From the NCBI GenBank assembly GCA_047601445.1, contig JASGJH010000001.1:480001-544000 (forward strand): 64,000 nt of DNA, in the 5' to 3' direction. Below the pieces are notes generated by a model. That model did not search any database, was not told where the DNA came from, and saw nothing but the letters and a program-made list of their open reading frames with translations. The position numbers were made by a program, and so were the translations under genes. Below, one piece after another: positions 1-9,784 of the stretch. How positions within the stretch are numbered: position 1 is the stretch's first letter; each line of letters opens with the position of its first letter. The DNA is from Myxococcales bacterium (GTDB lineage Bacteria > Myxococcota_A > Polyangia > Polyangiales > DASUME01).

Positions 1-8
1 TCGACAAG

Positions 9-1562
9 GTGGCGGCCATCCTGGATGCGCGGGGTGGGGTGGTGTTTTCGGAGGAGCTCACCGAAGGGCAAAAGGCTCAGGGGCACGACCTCACGTTGAC
101 CCTGGACCGTGAGATTCAGGTGGTCGCCGAGCGTGAGCTGGAGCTCGCGGTGCGCGCCGCCGAGGCGCGCGCGGGACACGTGGTGGTGATGGATCCGCAC
201 ACGGGCGAGATCCTGGCGCTCGCCAACTATCCGACCTTCAACCCGAACGATCCGGGCGCGGCCGACCCCAGCGCACGCCGCAACCGCGCCGTGACCGACC
301 GCTTCGAGCCTGGCTCGGTGGTGAAAGCCTTCACGGTGGCTGGGGCGCTCGCCGCCGGCGTGGTGGGGCCGAGCCAGCGCATCGACTGCGAAGGCGGCAC
401 GCTGCAAGTTGGCGAGTTCCCGATCCGCGACACGCACCACTGGGACGAGCTGACCCCCGCCGAAATCCTCGCGTACTCGAGCAACATCGGCACCGCCAAG
501 ATCGGCGCCGCGCTCGGGCGTCCTGGGCTGTTCCGCGTGCTGCGCCGCTTCGGCTTCGGCACCCGCACCGAGCTCGACCTGCCCGCGGAGGCCGAGGGCA
601 TGCTGCGCCACTACAAGCGCTGGTATGACATGGACGCCGCCACGATCTCCTTCGGGCAGGGCATGAGCGCCACCAGCGTGCAACTCGCCACGGCCATGGC
701 CGCCATCGCCAACGGCGGCCGACTGATGAAGCCCCTCCTGGTGTCGCGTGTGACGGACTCCCAGGGCAACGTGGTGGAAGAAATGACGCCGAGCGTGCGC
801 CGGCAGGTGGTGCCGTCCCATGTGGCGCGCTTGGTGGGCGACATGTTGACCGGTGTCACGGCATCGGGCGGTACGGGTGAGGCGGCTGCCATGGAAGGCT
901 ACCTGGTGGCTGGCAAGACCGGGACCGCGCAAAAGGCGGACTTCGCGCGCGGTGGCTATGCGCCCGACGCCTGGACGGCGACCTTCGTGGGCTTCGTGCC
1001 TGCCAATCGTCCGCGCCTGGTGATCTCGGTGGTGATCGACGAGCCCGTCATCGAGCACTACGGCGGGACCATCGCCGGGCCGGTGTTTCGCCGCGTGGCC
1101 GCCGAGGCGCTGCGTCACCTCGGCGTACCGCCTGCCCAGGGCGGGGCCAAGCTCGCCGAGCTGGTCAAGAACCTGCGCGACGAGAAGCAGGCCGAGCTCG
1201 CTGACACTGCCGCGGAGCAAACACCGACCGCAGGCGAGCCCGCGCCCAAGCTCGACAGCGCGCAGCTCGAGCCGGCCACGCTCGCTGCCGCAGCGAACGA
1301 TCAGATCGAGGTGCCGCGCCTGAAGGGGCTGGGCGCGCGTGCCGCCCTGGTCGCGCTGCGCCGGCTCGGCCTCGACGCGAACCTGTCCGGATCCGGTGTG
1401 GTCGCAGAGCAGTCGCCCGAAGCCGGCAAGCGCACGGCGCGCGGGACCAGTGTGCAGCTCGTGCTCAAGGAGCTCGGCCGCGAGCCCGTCCAGAGCAAGG
1501 AGCGGGTGACCGGCAACACCTTGGCTTCGGTGGCGCCCATCGAGATCGAGGCGCTGCCATGA
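9..1562 (+). CDS. ftsI: Class B penicillin-binding protein FtsI/PBP3 with C-terminal PASTA domain; 5' end lies outside the window
   Basis: SxxK (GSVVK), SxN (SSN) and KTG (GKTGTAQK) motifs; VPRLKGL...QSPEAG PASTA-like tail; first gene of the dcw order. Confidence 0.93.
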   Translation: MAAILDARGGVVFSEELTEGQKAQGHDLTLTLDREIQVVAERELELAVRAAEARAGHVVVMDPHTGEILALANYPTFNPNDPGAADPSARRNRAVTDRFEPGSVVKAFTVAGALAAGVVGPSQRIDCEGGTLQVGEFPIRDTHHWDELTPAEILAYSSNIGTAKIGAALGRPGLFRVLRRFGFGTRTELDLPAEAEGMLRHYKRWYDMDAATISFGQGMSATSVQLATAMAAIANGGRLMKPLLVSRVTDSQGNVVEEMTPSVRRQVVPSHVARLVGDMLTGVTASGGTGEAAAMEGYLVAGKTGTAQKADFARGGYAPDAWTATFVGFVPANRPRLVISVVIDEPVIEHYGGTIAGPVFRRVAAEALRHLGVPPAQGGAKLAELVKNLRDEKQAELADTAAEQTPTAGEPAPKLDSAQLEPATLAAAANDQIEVPRLKGLGARAALVALRRLGLDANLSGSGVVAEQSPEAGKRTARGTSVQLVLKELGREPVQSKERVTGNTLASVAPIEIEALP

Positions 1563-3076
1563 ACACTTCGCTGCGGGAGCTGAGCGCGCTCGTGCCCTCT
1601 GCGTACGTGCAGGGCGACGACCTGGTTCAGGTCTCGGGCGTCACCAGCGACTCGCGCGCCGTCGTGCCAGGGGATCTCTTCGTGGCCCTGGTGGGCGGCA
1701 CCCACGATGGCACGCGCTTTGCGCCGGGTGCCATCGAGCGCGGTGCACGTGCGGTGCTGTCCGCGCGACCGCTGACGCTGCAGGTGCCCACGCTCGTCGT
1801 GGACGATGTGCGCGCCGCGCTGGGGCCCATCGCACAGCGTGTGTGCGGAGAGCCCACGCGTGCCATGCCCACGGTGGGCATCACGGGGACCAACGGCAAG
1901 ACCACGGTGTCCTATTTGCTCGAGAGCGTGCTCGCACGGGCCGGCATGCTTCCGGCACTGCTCGGCACCGTGGCGCTGCGTGGACCCGCGGGGGAACAAC
2001 CCGCCCAGCTCACCACCCCCGAGGCCGACGCCATCGCGCGCTTTGCCCAGGAACAGCGCCAGGCAGGAGCGCGCTCGCTGGTGATGGAGGTCTCGAGTCA
2101 TGCACTCGAGCAGGGCCGGGTTCGGGGCATGCACTTCGAGGTCGCCGCCTTCACCAACCTCACCCAGGATCATCTGGATTACCACGGCACCATGGAGGCC
2201 TACGGCGCGGCCAAGGTCCGTCTGTTCACCGAGTATGCGCCGCCCGCCAGCGTCATCATGGTGGACCAGGCCTTCGGCTGGGCCCTGGCCGAGCGTGTGC
2301 GTGCACTGCCGGGCCAGCGTGTCTTCACGTGCTCGGCCGACCCGAGCGGCGAAGGCGCAGACTTCCAGGTGCGCGAGTACGCGTCGCTGCGCACGGGCAT
2401 CAAGGCCAGGCTCACCACGCCTCAGGGAGAACTCGGGTTGACGAGTCCGCTGTTCGGCGCGCACAACCTCGAGAACCTGCTGGTCGTGCTCGGTTGCGCG
2501 CACGCGCTCGGGGTCGACCTCGCGGTCGCTGTGGACGCGCTCGCTACGGCCGTGGGAGCGCCCGGTCGTCTCGAGCGAGTGGATCACCCTGGCGACGTGC
2601 TGGTCCTGGTGGACTATGCACACACACCGGACGCCCTCGAGCGCGCGCTGCGCGCGTTGCGTCCTCTCACGCGCGGCCGTCTGTTCGCGGTGTGTGGCTG
2701 CGGAGGTGATCGCGATCGCACGAAGCGCGCCCCCATGGGCGAAGCCGCTGCCCGCGAGGCCGATCTGGCCATCCTTACCAGCGACAACCCACGCACCGAA
2801 GATCCCAAGGCCATCCTTGCCGAGATGGAGCCCGGTGCGCAGAGGGCCAAGCCCAGGATCGACGAAAGCGCATTGGCCGAGGCCAGCAGCGGCTACACGG
2901 TCGTGGTCGATCGCACGCGGGCCATCGAGCTCGCCATGGCCGCCGCCAAGCCGGGTGACAGTGTGCTGCTGGCGGGCAAGGGGCACGAGACCTACCAGAT
3001 CGTCGGCAAGACCAAGCACGACTTCGACGACCGGCGCGAGGCCGCGCGCGCCGTCGCGTCGCTGAGGAAGAGCTGA
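1559..3076 (+). CDS. murE: UDP-MurNAc-tripeptide synthetase MurE (meso-DAP type)
   Basis: GITGTNGKTT P-loop, MEVSSH, NLTQDHLDYH, DYAHTPD, DNPR motif, GKGHE; ATGA overlap with ftsI. Confidence 0.97.
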   Translation: MNTSLRELSALVPSAYVQGDDLVQVSGVTSDSRAVVPGDLFVALVGGTHDGTRFAPGAIERGARAVLSARPLTLQVPTLVVDDVRAALGPIAQRVCGEPTRAMPTVGITGTNGKTTVSYLLESVLARAGMLPALLGTVALRGPAGEQPAQLTTPEADAIARFAQEQRQAGARSLVMEVSSHALEQGRVRGMHFEVAAFTNLTQDHLDYHGTMEAYGAAKVRLFTEYAPPASVIMVDQAFGWALAERVRALPGQRVFTCSADPSGEGADFQVREYASLRTGIKARLTTPQGELGLTSPLFGAHNLENLLVVLGCAHALGVDLAVAVDALATAVGAPGRLERVDHPGDVLVLVDYAHTPDALERALRALRPLTRGRLFAVCGCGGDRDRTKRAPMGEAAAREADLAILTSDNPRTEDPKAILAEMEPGAQRAKPRIDESALAEASSGYTVVVDRTRAIELAMAAAKPGDSVLLAGKGHETYQIVGKTKHDFDDRREAARAVASLRKS

Positions 3077-4518
3077 TGGCGACTCCCATCCCACGCAATC
3101 AGGTGCGCTTTACGTTGGCGGAGATCGCCGCCGCCACCGGCGGCCGACTGCTGCATGGCGATCCCGAGTCGAGCATCGAAGGCGTGACCATCGACTCGCG
3201 CGCAGTGGTGCCGGGCAATCTGTTCGTGGCCATTCGTGGTGGCAGCCAAGATGGCGCGCGCTTCTTGCCTCAGGCGATCTCGAGCGGTGCTCACGCGGTG
3301 CTCGTGCAAACCGGCACGAATTGCCCACAAAACGTGGCCTGCATCGAGGTCCGCGATACGACGTATGCACTCGGAGATCTGGCCCGCTTCCACCGAAAGC
3401 GCTGGGGCGGCTTGACCGTCGCCATCACGGGCTCGGCCGGAAAGACCACGACCAAGGAGCTAACTGCCGCAGCGCTCACTGGAATTGGCAAGAGCGTGCT
3501 CAAGTCGCTCGGCAACCTAAACAATCAGTTCGGCGTGCCAATGATGGTCTTTTGTCTCTCGGACCTGCACGATACGGCCGTGTTCGAGGTTGGGACCAGC
3601 GGTCGCGGGGAGATCGCTCGACTCGGTGAGATCGTGCAGCCGGACGTGGCCGTGGTGTTGCTCGCAGCACTCGCGCACACGGCGGGTATTGGCACGCTCG
3701 CCGACGTGGCGGACGAGAAGGCGTCCTTGTGGGGCTCGTTGGGTCCGGAGGGCGTGGCGATCGTGAATGCCGACGATACCGAGCTGAACGCGCGCGTGCG
3801 GACCGATGTAACCACGCTCGCATTTGGGCGGGCTCCCGACGCCGACGTGCGGCTGCTCTCGTCTTCACTGTCGCTTTGGGGCACCCAGGCCAAGCTCGAG
3901 ATCGAAGGCTTCGGTGAGCTCGATTTGAGTCTGCCCTTGGTGGGCCATGCAGCAGCCCTCGATGCAGCGGCGGCGCTCGCGGTGGTGCTCGCGCTCAAGG
4001 GGGTGAGCGCGCTGCCGCCCGCGGCGGCCGGGCTCGGGCAAGTCCAGCAGACGGCGGGACGCATGGTCCCGTACTCCACGCCCGACGGCGTCTATGTGAT
4101 TGACGACTCCTACAACGCCAACCCGCACTCGACGGCCGTCAGCCTCGAGGCGCTCGCGGCGCTGGCCAAGAACATCGGCGGTCACAGCATCGCAGTGCTG
4201 GGGGACATGAAGGAACTCGGCAGCGACTCCTTGCGCGAGCACAGCCGGGTCGGAGAGCTCGCCGTGAAGCTCGGCGTCGACGTCTTGATCGGCACCGGTC
4301 CCGAGATGGCCCATGGCACCGCGGCTGCGGCGCGGCTATCGGCGGGGCGACTGGCTCCGCATCCCACCCGGGTGGTCCAGCTGTTCGACCCGCTGCATGC
4401 CGTGGCAGTGGTCAAGAGTCTGTGGCGCCCCGGCGACGTGGTCCTGGTGAAGGGTTCGCGCTCCACGGCCATGGAGCGCGTGGTGCGCGCCCTGTGTGAA
4501 GAGGAGAAGCGCTCGTGA
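3076..4518 (+). CDS. murF: UDP-MurNAc-pentapeptide synthetase MurF
   Basis: ITGSAGKTTTKE, GNLNNQFG, DSYNANP, LGDMKELG, LVKGSRS. Confidence 0.96.
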   Translation: MATPIPRNQVRFTLAEIAAATGGRLLHGDPESSIEGVTIDSRAVVPGNLFVAIRGGSQDGARFLPQAISSGAHAVLVQTGTNCPQNVACIEVRDTTYALGDLARFHRKRWGGLTVAITGSAGKTTTKELTAAALTGIGKSVLKSLGNLNNQFGVPMMVFCLSDLHDTAVFEVGTSGRGEIARLGEIVQPDVAVVLLAALAHTAGIGTLADVADEKASLWGSLGPEGVAIVNADDTELNARVRTDVTTLAFGRAPDADVRLLSSSLSLWGTQAKLEIEGFGELDLSLPLVGHAAALDAAAALAVVLALKGVSALPPAAAGLGQVQQTAGRMVPYSTPDGVYVIDDSYNANPHSTAVSLEALAALAKNIGGHSIAVLGDMKELGSDSLREHSRVGELAVKLGVDVLIGTGPEMAHGTAAAARLSAGRLAPHPTRVVQLFDPLHAVAVVKSLWRPGDVVLVKGSRSTAMERVVRALCEEEKRS

Positions 4519-5642
4519 TCTACTACCTCCTCTATCCCCTGAGCGACCATCCGGCGCTCTCGTACTTGAACGTTCTCCGGTACATCCCGTTCCGCGTGCT
4601 GGCGGCCACCATGACCGCCATGTTCCTCACCTTCGGCTTGTATCCCTGGTTCATCCGCCGCCTGCAGAGCAAGCAGATCGGCCAGGTGGTGCGCAAGGAG
4701 GGCCTCGAGAGTCACTTCTCGAAGGCCGGTACGCCCACCATGGGTGGCGCGCTGATCCTGTTGGCCCTGGTCACCTCCACGGTGCTCTGGGCCGACCCCC
4801 AGAACGTGATGGTGTGGCTCGTCACGGCCGTCACCGCCTTGTACGGCGGCATCGGCTACGTCGACGACGCGGCGAAGATCCGCAAGCGCCACAGCGGTGG
4901 CCTGGCCGGGCGCTACAAGCTGCTGATCCAGTTCGCGGTGGCCTTCGCGGTGCTGGGTTACCTCTGGTACGGCGAGACCGGGCTGCCCTCCGACTGGGTG
5001 CAGATCCGCGACCGCCTGAGCATCCCCTTCGTGGCCTTCGACAAGCATCCGGTGAGCCTGCCCACCTGGCTCTACGTGCTGTTCGCAGCGATTTACCTGG
5101 CTGGCATGTCCAACGCGGTGAACCTGACCGATGGTCTGGATGGCCTGGCCATCGGCCCGGTGATGATCAACGCCGCTACCTACGGCATCCTCGCGTACGT
5201 CGCGGGCGTGGTCTTCTTCGGCAACGACCTGGCCGAGTACCTGCAGATCCCCTCGATCGAGAGCGTGGGCGAGCTGGCCATCTACTGCGGAGCGCTCATC
5301 GGCGCGGGCGTCGGCTTCCTCTGGTACAACACCTATCCAGCCCAGGTGTTCATGGGTGACGTGGGCTCCCTGGCTCTCGGTGGCGGCATCGGCATGCTGG
5401 CCATCTGCACCAAGAACGAGCTGCTCTCGCTGGTGCTCGGCGGCATCTTCGTGGTGGAGGCGGTCAGCGTCATCACCCAGGTGACCTCGTTCAAGCTCAC
5501 CGGCAAGCGCATCTTCTTGATGGCCCCGATCCACCATCACTTCGAGAAGAAGGGTTGGCCGGAACCGCGAGTCATCGTTCGCTTTTGGATCATCTCCATC
5601 ATGCTCGCCATCGCGAGCCTGGCGACCTTGAAGCTGAGGTGA
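4515..5642 (+). CDS. mraY: Phospho-MurNAc-pentapeptide translocase MraY
   Basis: KAGTPTMGG, NAVNLTDGLDGLA, FMGDVGSL, MAPIHHHFE; multiple TM segments. Confidence 0.98.
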   Translation: MIYYLLYPLSDHPALSYLNVLRYIPFRVLAATMTAMFLTFGLYPWFIRRLQSKQIGQVVRKEGLESHFSKAGTPTMGGALILLALVTSTVLWADPQNVMVWLVTAVTALYGGIGYVDDAAKIRKRHSGGLAGRYKLLIQFAVAFAVLGYLWYGETGLPSDWVQIRDRLSIPFVAFDKHPVSLPTWLYVLFAAIYLAGMSNAVNLTDGLDGLAIGPVMINAATYGILAYVAGVVFFGNDLAEYLQIPSIESVGELAIYCGALIGAGVGFLWYNTYPAQVFMGDVGSLALGGGIGMLAICTKNELLSLVLGGIFVVEAVSVITQVTSFKLTGKRIFLMAPIHHHFEKKGWPEPRVIVRFWIISIMLAIASLATLKLR

Positions 5643-5646
5643 ACCG

Positions 5647-7014
5647 ATGTCGGTGAAGCTTGCAGGAGCACGCGTGACGGTGGTGGGGCTCGGCCTGAGC
5701 GGCCTGGCGGCCGCTCGCTTGCTCGTGTCCAAGGGCGCCCAGGTCACGATCAACGATGCCCGCGACGAAGCGGCCCTCGGTGAGCGCGCGAAAGAAGCGG
5801 CCAAGCTCGGTGTGCAGCTCGACCTCGGCGGGCACGATGCCACCCGGCTCTCGCAGAACGACTTCATCGTGGTCTCCCCCGGCGTGCCACCGCTCGAGGC
5901 GCTGGCTAGCGCCGAGGCGCGGGGCGTGCGCATCTACAGCGAAGTGGAGCTCGCTTCCTGGTTCGTGAAGGGCACGGTGGTCGGCATCACCGGCACCAAC
6001 GGCAAGAGCACGGTCACCACCCTGGTCGGCGAGATGTGTAAGGCCACGGGTAGGCCCACCTTCGTGGGCGGGAACCTGGGGACGCCTCTCGTGGACGTGG
6101 TGGGCTCCGAGGCCGCGCAAGAGAACGGCTACCTGGTGGTCGAGCTGTCGAGCTTCCAACTCGAGCGCATCGAACGCTTCCGGGCCCACGTCGGCGTGAT
6201 CCTGAACGTCACGGACGATCACCTCGATCGCTACGCGGGCTTTGCAGACTACGCCGCCGCCAAGGGACGGCTGTTCGCCACCCAGCTCAAGGCCGATCAC
6301 GCCGTGGCTCCCAGCGGGGACTCCCTGTGCGTGTCGCTGGCGGCGGTTTCGCCTGGTACCCATCACCTGTTCGCTGGCCAGGACGGCTCGGTGCGGGTCG
6401 AGGACGGCACGCTGCGCGATCACGTCAGCGGTCTCAGCTTGCCCGTGTCGGAGATCGGCATCCAGGGAGCTCACAACCTGGACAACGCGTGCGCCGCGGC
6501 GCTGGCTGCCCGTCTCGCCGGCGTGGAGCCGGCCACCATCGCTCGGGTGCTGCGCGAGTTCAAGGGGCTCGCCCACCGCATGCAGCACGTGGCCCAGCTC
6601 TCGGGGGTGACCTACTTCGACGACAGCAAGGCCACCAACGTCGGTGCCTCGGTCGCCGCCATCGTGGGGTTGGGACGTCAGCAGATCAAAGTCGTGCTGA
6701 TCGCGGGCGGCAAGGACAAGGGCGGCAGTTACGCACCCTTGCGCGAGGTGATGGAAGCCCATGGGGCAGGGGTGGTGCTCATCGGCGAGGCATCGAACTT
6801 GATCGCCGATGCCTTCGAGGGCGTGCCGATGCCGGTCGTGCGTGCCGGCAGCATGGGCGACGCCGTGCGGAAAGCGCGCGATCTAGCCAAGCCAGGGGAC
6901 GCTGTGTTGCTCGCACCGGCCTGTGCCAGCTTCGACATGTTCCGCTCCTACGCCCATCGCGGCGACGTCTTCAAAGAGGAAGTGTTGACGCTCGGTGCGG
7001 AGGCCAAGCCATGA
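5647..7014 (+). CDS. murD: UDP-MurNAc-L-Ala--D-Glu ligase MurD
   Basis: GLGLSG, GTNGKSTVT, ELSSFQL, DDSKATN, PACASFDMF. Confidence 0.97.
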   Translation: MSVKLAGARVTVVGLGLSGLAAARLLVSKGAQVTINDARDEAALGERAKEAAKLGVQLDLGGHDATRLSQNDFIVVSPGVPPLEALASAEARGVRIYSEVELASWFVKGTVVGITGTNGKSTVTTLVGEMCKATGRPTFVGGNLGTPLVDVVGSEAAQENGYLVVELSSFQLERIERFRAHVGVILNVTDDHLDRYAGFADYAAAKGRLFATQLKADHAVAPSGDSLCVSLAAVSPGTHHLFAGQDGSVRVEDGTLRDHVSGLSLPVSEIGIQGAHNLDNACAAALAARLAGVEPATIARVLREFKGLAHRMQHVAQLSGVTYFDDSKATNVGASVAAIVGLGRQQIKVVLIAGGKDKGGSYAPLREVMEAHGAGVVLIGEASNLIADAFEGVPMPVVRAGSMGDAVRKARDLAKPGDAVLLAPACASFDMFRSYAHRGDVFKEEVLTLGAEAKP

Positions 7015-8462
7015 GCAAGGTCACCCTCACGCGCAGCACCTCGCCCGCGCCGCGGACCGAGCCCGATCGCGCGCGTACGCGGGCCCGAACGCGTACGAAG
7101 CCAGAGACCGATGCCAGCGTGCCCAATCAGCGCGCCGCCGCCGCTCGGGCCTCCGAGAACGCGGGGCGCCCCGTGGTCCTCGAGCTCACCCTACGGGAGC
7201 GGCTCATGCGGATCGCCCAGGGCAAGCACTGGCCCAAGGTGACGGGCGGTGCCGATCCCATGTTGTTCGGCGCAGTGATCGCCCTGATCGTGCTCGGGGT
7301 GGTGATGGTCTACAGCGCGAGCTCGGTGCGCGCGGTGCGCGTGTTCGGCGACGGGCACCACTATCTCTTGCGCCAGGCGGCCTATGCCGCCATCGGTCTG
7401 CCGCTGCTGTTGGTGCTGGCGCGCCTCGACTACCACTTCTATCGCCCGTTCGCGAAGCCGGTGTTGGCGCTGGCCGTGGGCCTGTTGCTCATGGTGATCT
7501 TCGGGTTGGGCCACAACGCGGGCGGCGCTTCGCGCTGGATCCAGCTGGGCCCGGTGAACGTCCAGCCGGCCGAGGTGACCAAGCTCGCCCTCATCCTGTG
7601 GCTGGCGGACTCGCTCGCGAAGAAGGTGGATCGCATCCGCAGCTTCTCGGTGGGCTTCTTGCCGCATGTGTTGATCGCAGGCTTCCTGGTGGTGCTGTGC
7701 ATGGCGCAGCCGGACTTCGGGAGCAGCGTCATCCTGATGCTGTTGACGTTCGTCCTGCTGTTCACGGCGGGTGCGAAGATCGGTTACATGCTGGCCGGCG
7801 CCGCCGTTGCCCTGCCGATCGCGTATTTGCTCGTGCGATCGTCCGAGTACCGCTGGCAGCGCATCATCGCCTTCACCGATCCGCTCAAGTACCGCATGAG
7901 TGGCGGCTATCAGATCGTGGAGTCCTGGATGAGCTTCGGGGCTGGCGGCGTGGCTGGCGTGGGGCTCGGAGACAGCCGGCAAAAAATGCTGTTTTTGCCG
8001 GAAGCTCACACGGATTTCATCGCCGCCATCGTGGCCGAGGAGCTGGGCTTCGTGGGCTTCTGCTTGCTGGTGACGGGCTTCGTGGTGATCGTGATTCGCG
8101 GTGCCCGCTCGGCCCTGCGCTCGGTCGACGACTACGGCACCTACCTGGCGATCGGCCTCACCATGTTCATCGGCATTCAGGCCGTGACCAACCTGGCGGT
8201 GGTGCTCGGATTGCTGCCGACCAAAGGTTTGACGTTACCTTTCTTGAGTTTTGGTGGATCTTCGCTGCTCGTGAACTGCTCCGCGGTGGGAATCCTCCTG
8301 AACATCTCGCGGCCACGGCAACGCGCCGAGGCAGCAGAGGGCGCCGTCGCTCACGGTTCCGCGACAGTGCCGGGTTCGAGCCAGGGGAGTCCGCTGCGCG
8401 AGCGCAATCGCCGTACCAGGGAGTCTCTCGGTGAGTCGGGGTTGACGGGAGGGGCGCGATGA
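7011..8462 (+). CDS. ftsW: SEDS peptidoglycan polymerase FtsW with an extended basic N-terminus
   Basis: ATG at 7011 overlaps the murD stop (ATGA); MVYSAS, QPAEVTK, QPDFG, LPEAHTDFI, PTKGLTLPFLSFGGSS. Confidence 0.96.
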   Translation: MSKVTLTRSTSPAPRTEPDRARTRARTRTKPETDASVPNQRAAAARASENAGRPVVLELTLRERLMRIAQGKHWPKVTGGADPMLFGAVIALIVLGVVMVYSASSVRAVRVFGDGHHYLLRQAAYAAIGLPLLLVLARLDYHFYRPFAKPVLALAVGLLLMVIFGLGHNAGGASRWIQLGPVNVQPAEVTKLALILWLADSLAKKVDRIRSFSVGFLPHVLIAGFLVVLCMAQPDFGSSVILMLLTFVLLFTAGAKIGYMLAGAAVALPIAYLLVRSSEYRWQRIIAFTDPLKYRMSGGYQIVESWMSFGAGGVAGVGLGDSRQKMLFLPEAHTDFIAAIVAEELGFVGFCLLVTGFVVIVIRGARSALRSVDDYGTYLAIGLTMFIGIQAVTNLAVVLGLLPTKGLTLPFLSFGGSSLLVNCSAVGILLNISRPRQRAEAAEGAVAHGSATVPGSSQGSPLRERNRRTRESLGESGLTGGAR

Positions 8463-9781
8463 TCGAACGCATCATCTTGGCGGGCGGCGGCACCGGCGGG
8501 CATCTCTTTCCTGGCATCGCGGTGTTCGAGGAGTTGAGACGGCGCGAGCCCGAGCTCGAAGCCATCTTCGTGGGCACGGCGCGCGGCATCGAGACCAAGG
8601 TCATCCCGCAGATCGGCGAGCGCCTCGTGTGCCTCGACGTGGGCCCGCTCAAGGGACGCACCAGGACCGAGTTCGCGAAGAACCTGGCGGGGCTGCCGCA
8701 GGCAGGGGTTGAGGCCGCCAAGCTGTTGCGCTCTTTCCGTCCGAGTCTGGTCCTCGGCATGGGTGGCTACGCAGCAGGCCCCATGGTGGGCGCCGCGGCC
8801 TTGCTCGGCATCCCCACGGTGCTGCTCGAGCAGAACGCTCACGTGGGCTTGACCAACCGACTCCTGGCGCGCGTCGTCGACCGCGCTTACCTCAGCTTCG
8901 ACGAGACACAGCGCTACTTCCCGGGCGGCCGTGGTCGCGTGGTAGGCAACCCCATTCGGCGCAGCTTCGTGGGCCTGGGCAACATGGCGCGCATGGACCC
9001 CGCGGGCTTCGAGATGCGGGCCCGCAAGATCCTGGTGATGGGCGGCTCCCAGGGAGCTCGCGCGCTGAACCAGGTGGTCCCGGAGGCGCTCGCCAGGGCG
9101 GGGCTCGCCAGCCGCGGGGTCGAAATCGTGCACCAGGCCGGCCACGCGATGGCCGATGCCGTGCGCGCCAAGTACGAGTCGTTGGGTCTCAGCGCCCACG
9201 TAACGCCCTTCATCGACGACATGGCCAAGGTCTACGCTTCCTCGGCCCTGGTGATCGGGCGCGCGGGTGCCAGCTCGCTGGCAGAGATCTGCGCGGTCGG
9301 TCGCCCGTCCATTCTGATTCCTTTCCCGGCCGCGGCCGACGATCACCAGTGGCACAACGCCCAGGCGCTGGCCTCGCGCGGCGCGGCCGTGGCGATTCGC
9401 GAAGCCGAGCTGACGCCCGAGCTACTTGCCGAGCACGTCGCACGCCTGCTGTCGCAGCCCGAGCTGCGCCGCAGTATGGCCGACGCGGCCCGCTCCATGG
9501 GGCGGCCCGATGCGGCGGCGGCCATCGTGGACGATCTGTTGTCCTGGCTCGGCGGAAGCTCCGGAGATGCTGAACGGGGAGGGGGGGCCGCCGATCCCGG
9601 CGCCGATGACGCCGATGCGGAGGGGCCAGGCGGTGAGCCTCCATTGCGACGGATGGGGAGCTTTCCACCCGACAGCAACGAGCGAGCGGCCAGTGCGCGC
9701 CGTCGCGGGACGCGCCGTTCCTCGGCCTGGAGTCAGCCAGATCGTTACTACGGCACCAAGGCCGTCGGAGTCTGGGAGTAA
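8459..9781 (+). CDS. murG: Lipid II GlcNAc transferase MurG with a low-complexity C-terminal extension
   Basis: GGGTGGHLFP, EQNA, GNPIR, GGSQGA, GRAGASS. Confidence 0.97.
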   Translation: MIERIILAGGGTGGHLFPGIAVFEELRRREPELEAIFVGTARGIETKVIPQIGERLVCLDVGPLKGRTRTEFAKNLAGLPQAGVEAAKLLRSFRPSLVLGMGGYAAGPMVGAAALLGIPTVLLEQNAHVGLTNRLLARVVDRAYLSFDETQRYFPGGRGRVVGNPIRRSFVGLGNMARMDPAGFEMRARKILVMGGSQGARALNQVVPEALARAGLASRGVEIVHQAGHAMADAVRAKYESLGLSAHVTPFIDDMAKVYASSALVIGRAGASSLAEICAVGRPSILIPFPAAADDHQWHNAQALASRGAAVAIREAELTPELLAEHVARLLSQPELRRSMADAARSMGRPDAAAAIVDDLLSWLGGSSGDAERGGGAADPGADDADAEGPGGEPPLRRMGSFPPDSNERAASARRRGTRRSSAWSQPDRYYGTKAVGVWE

Positions 9782-9784
9782 GCC

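Noticed and set aside
6327..7010. Apparent 228-aa N-terminal extension of FtsW in the ORF track
   Set aside because: It overlaps murD out of frame; the ATGA-coupled start at 7011 is more plausible
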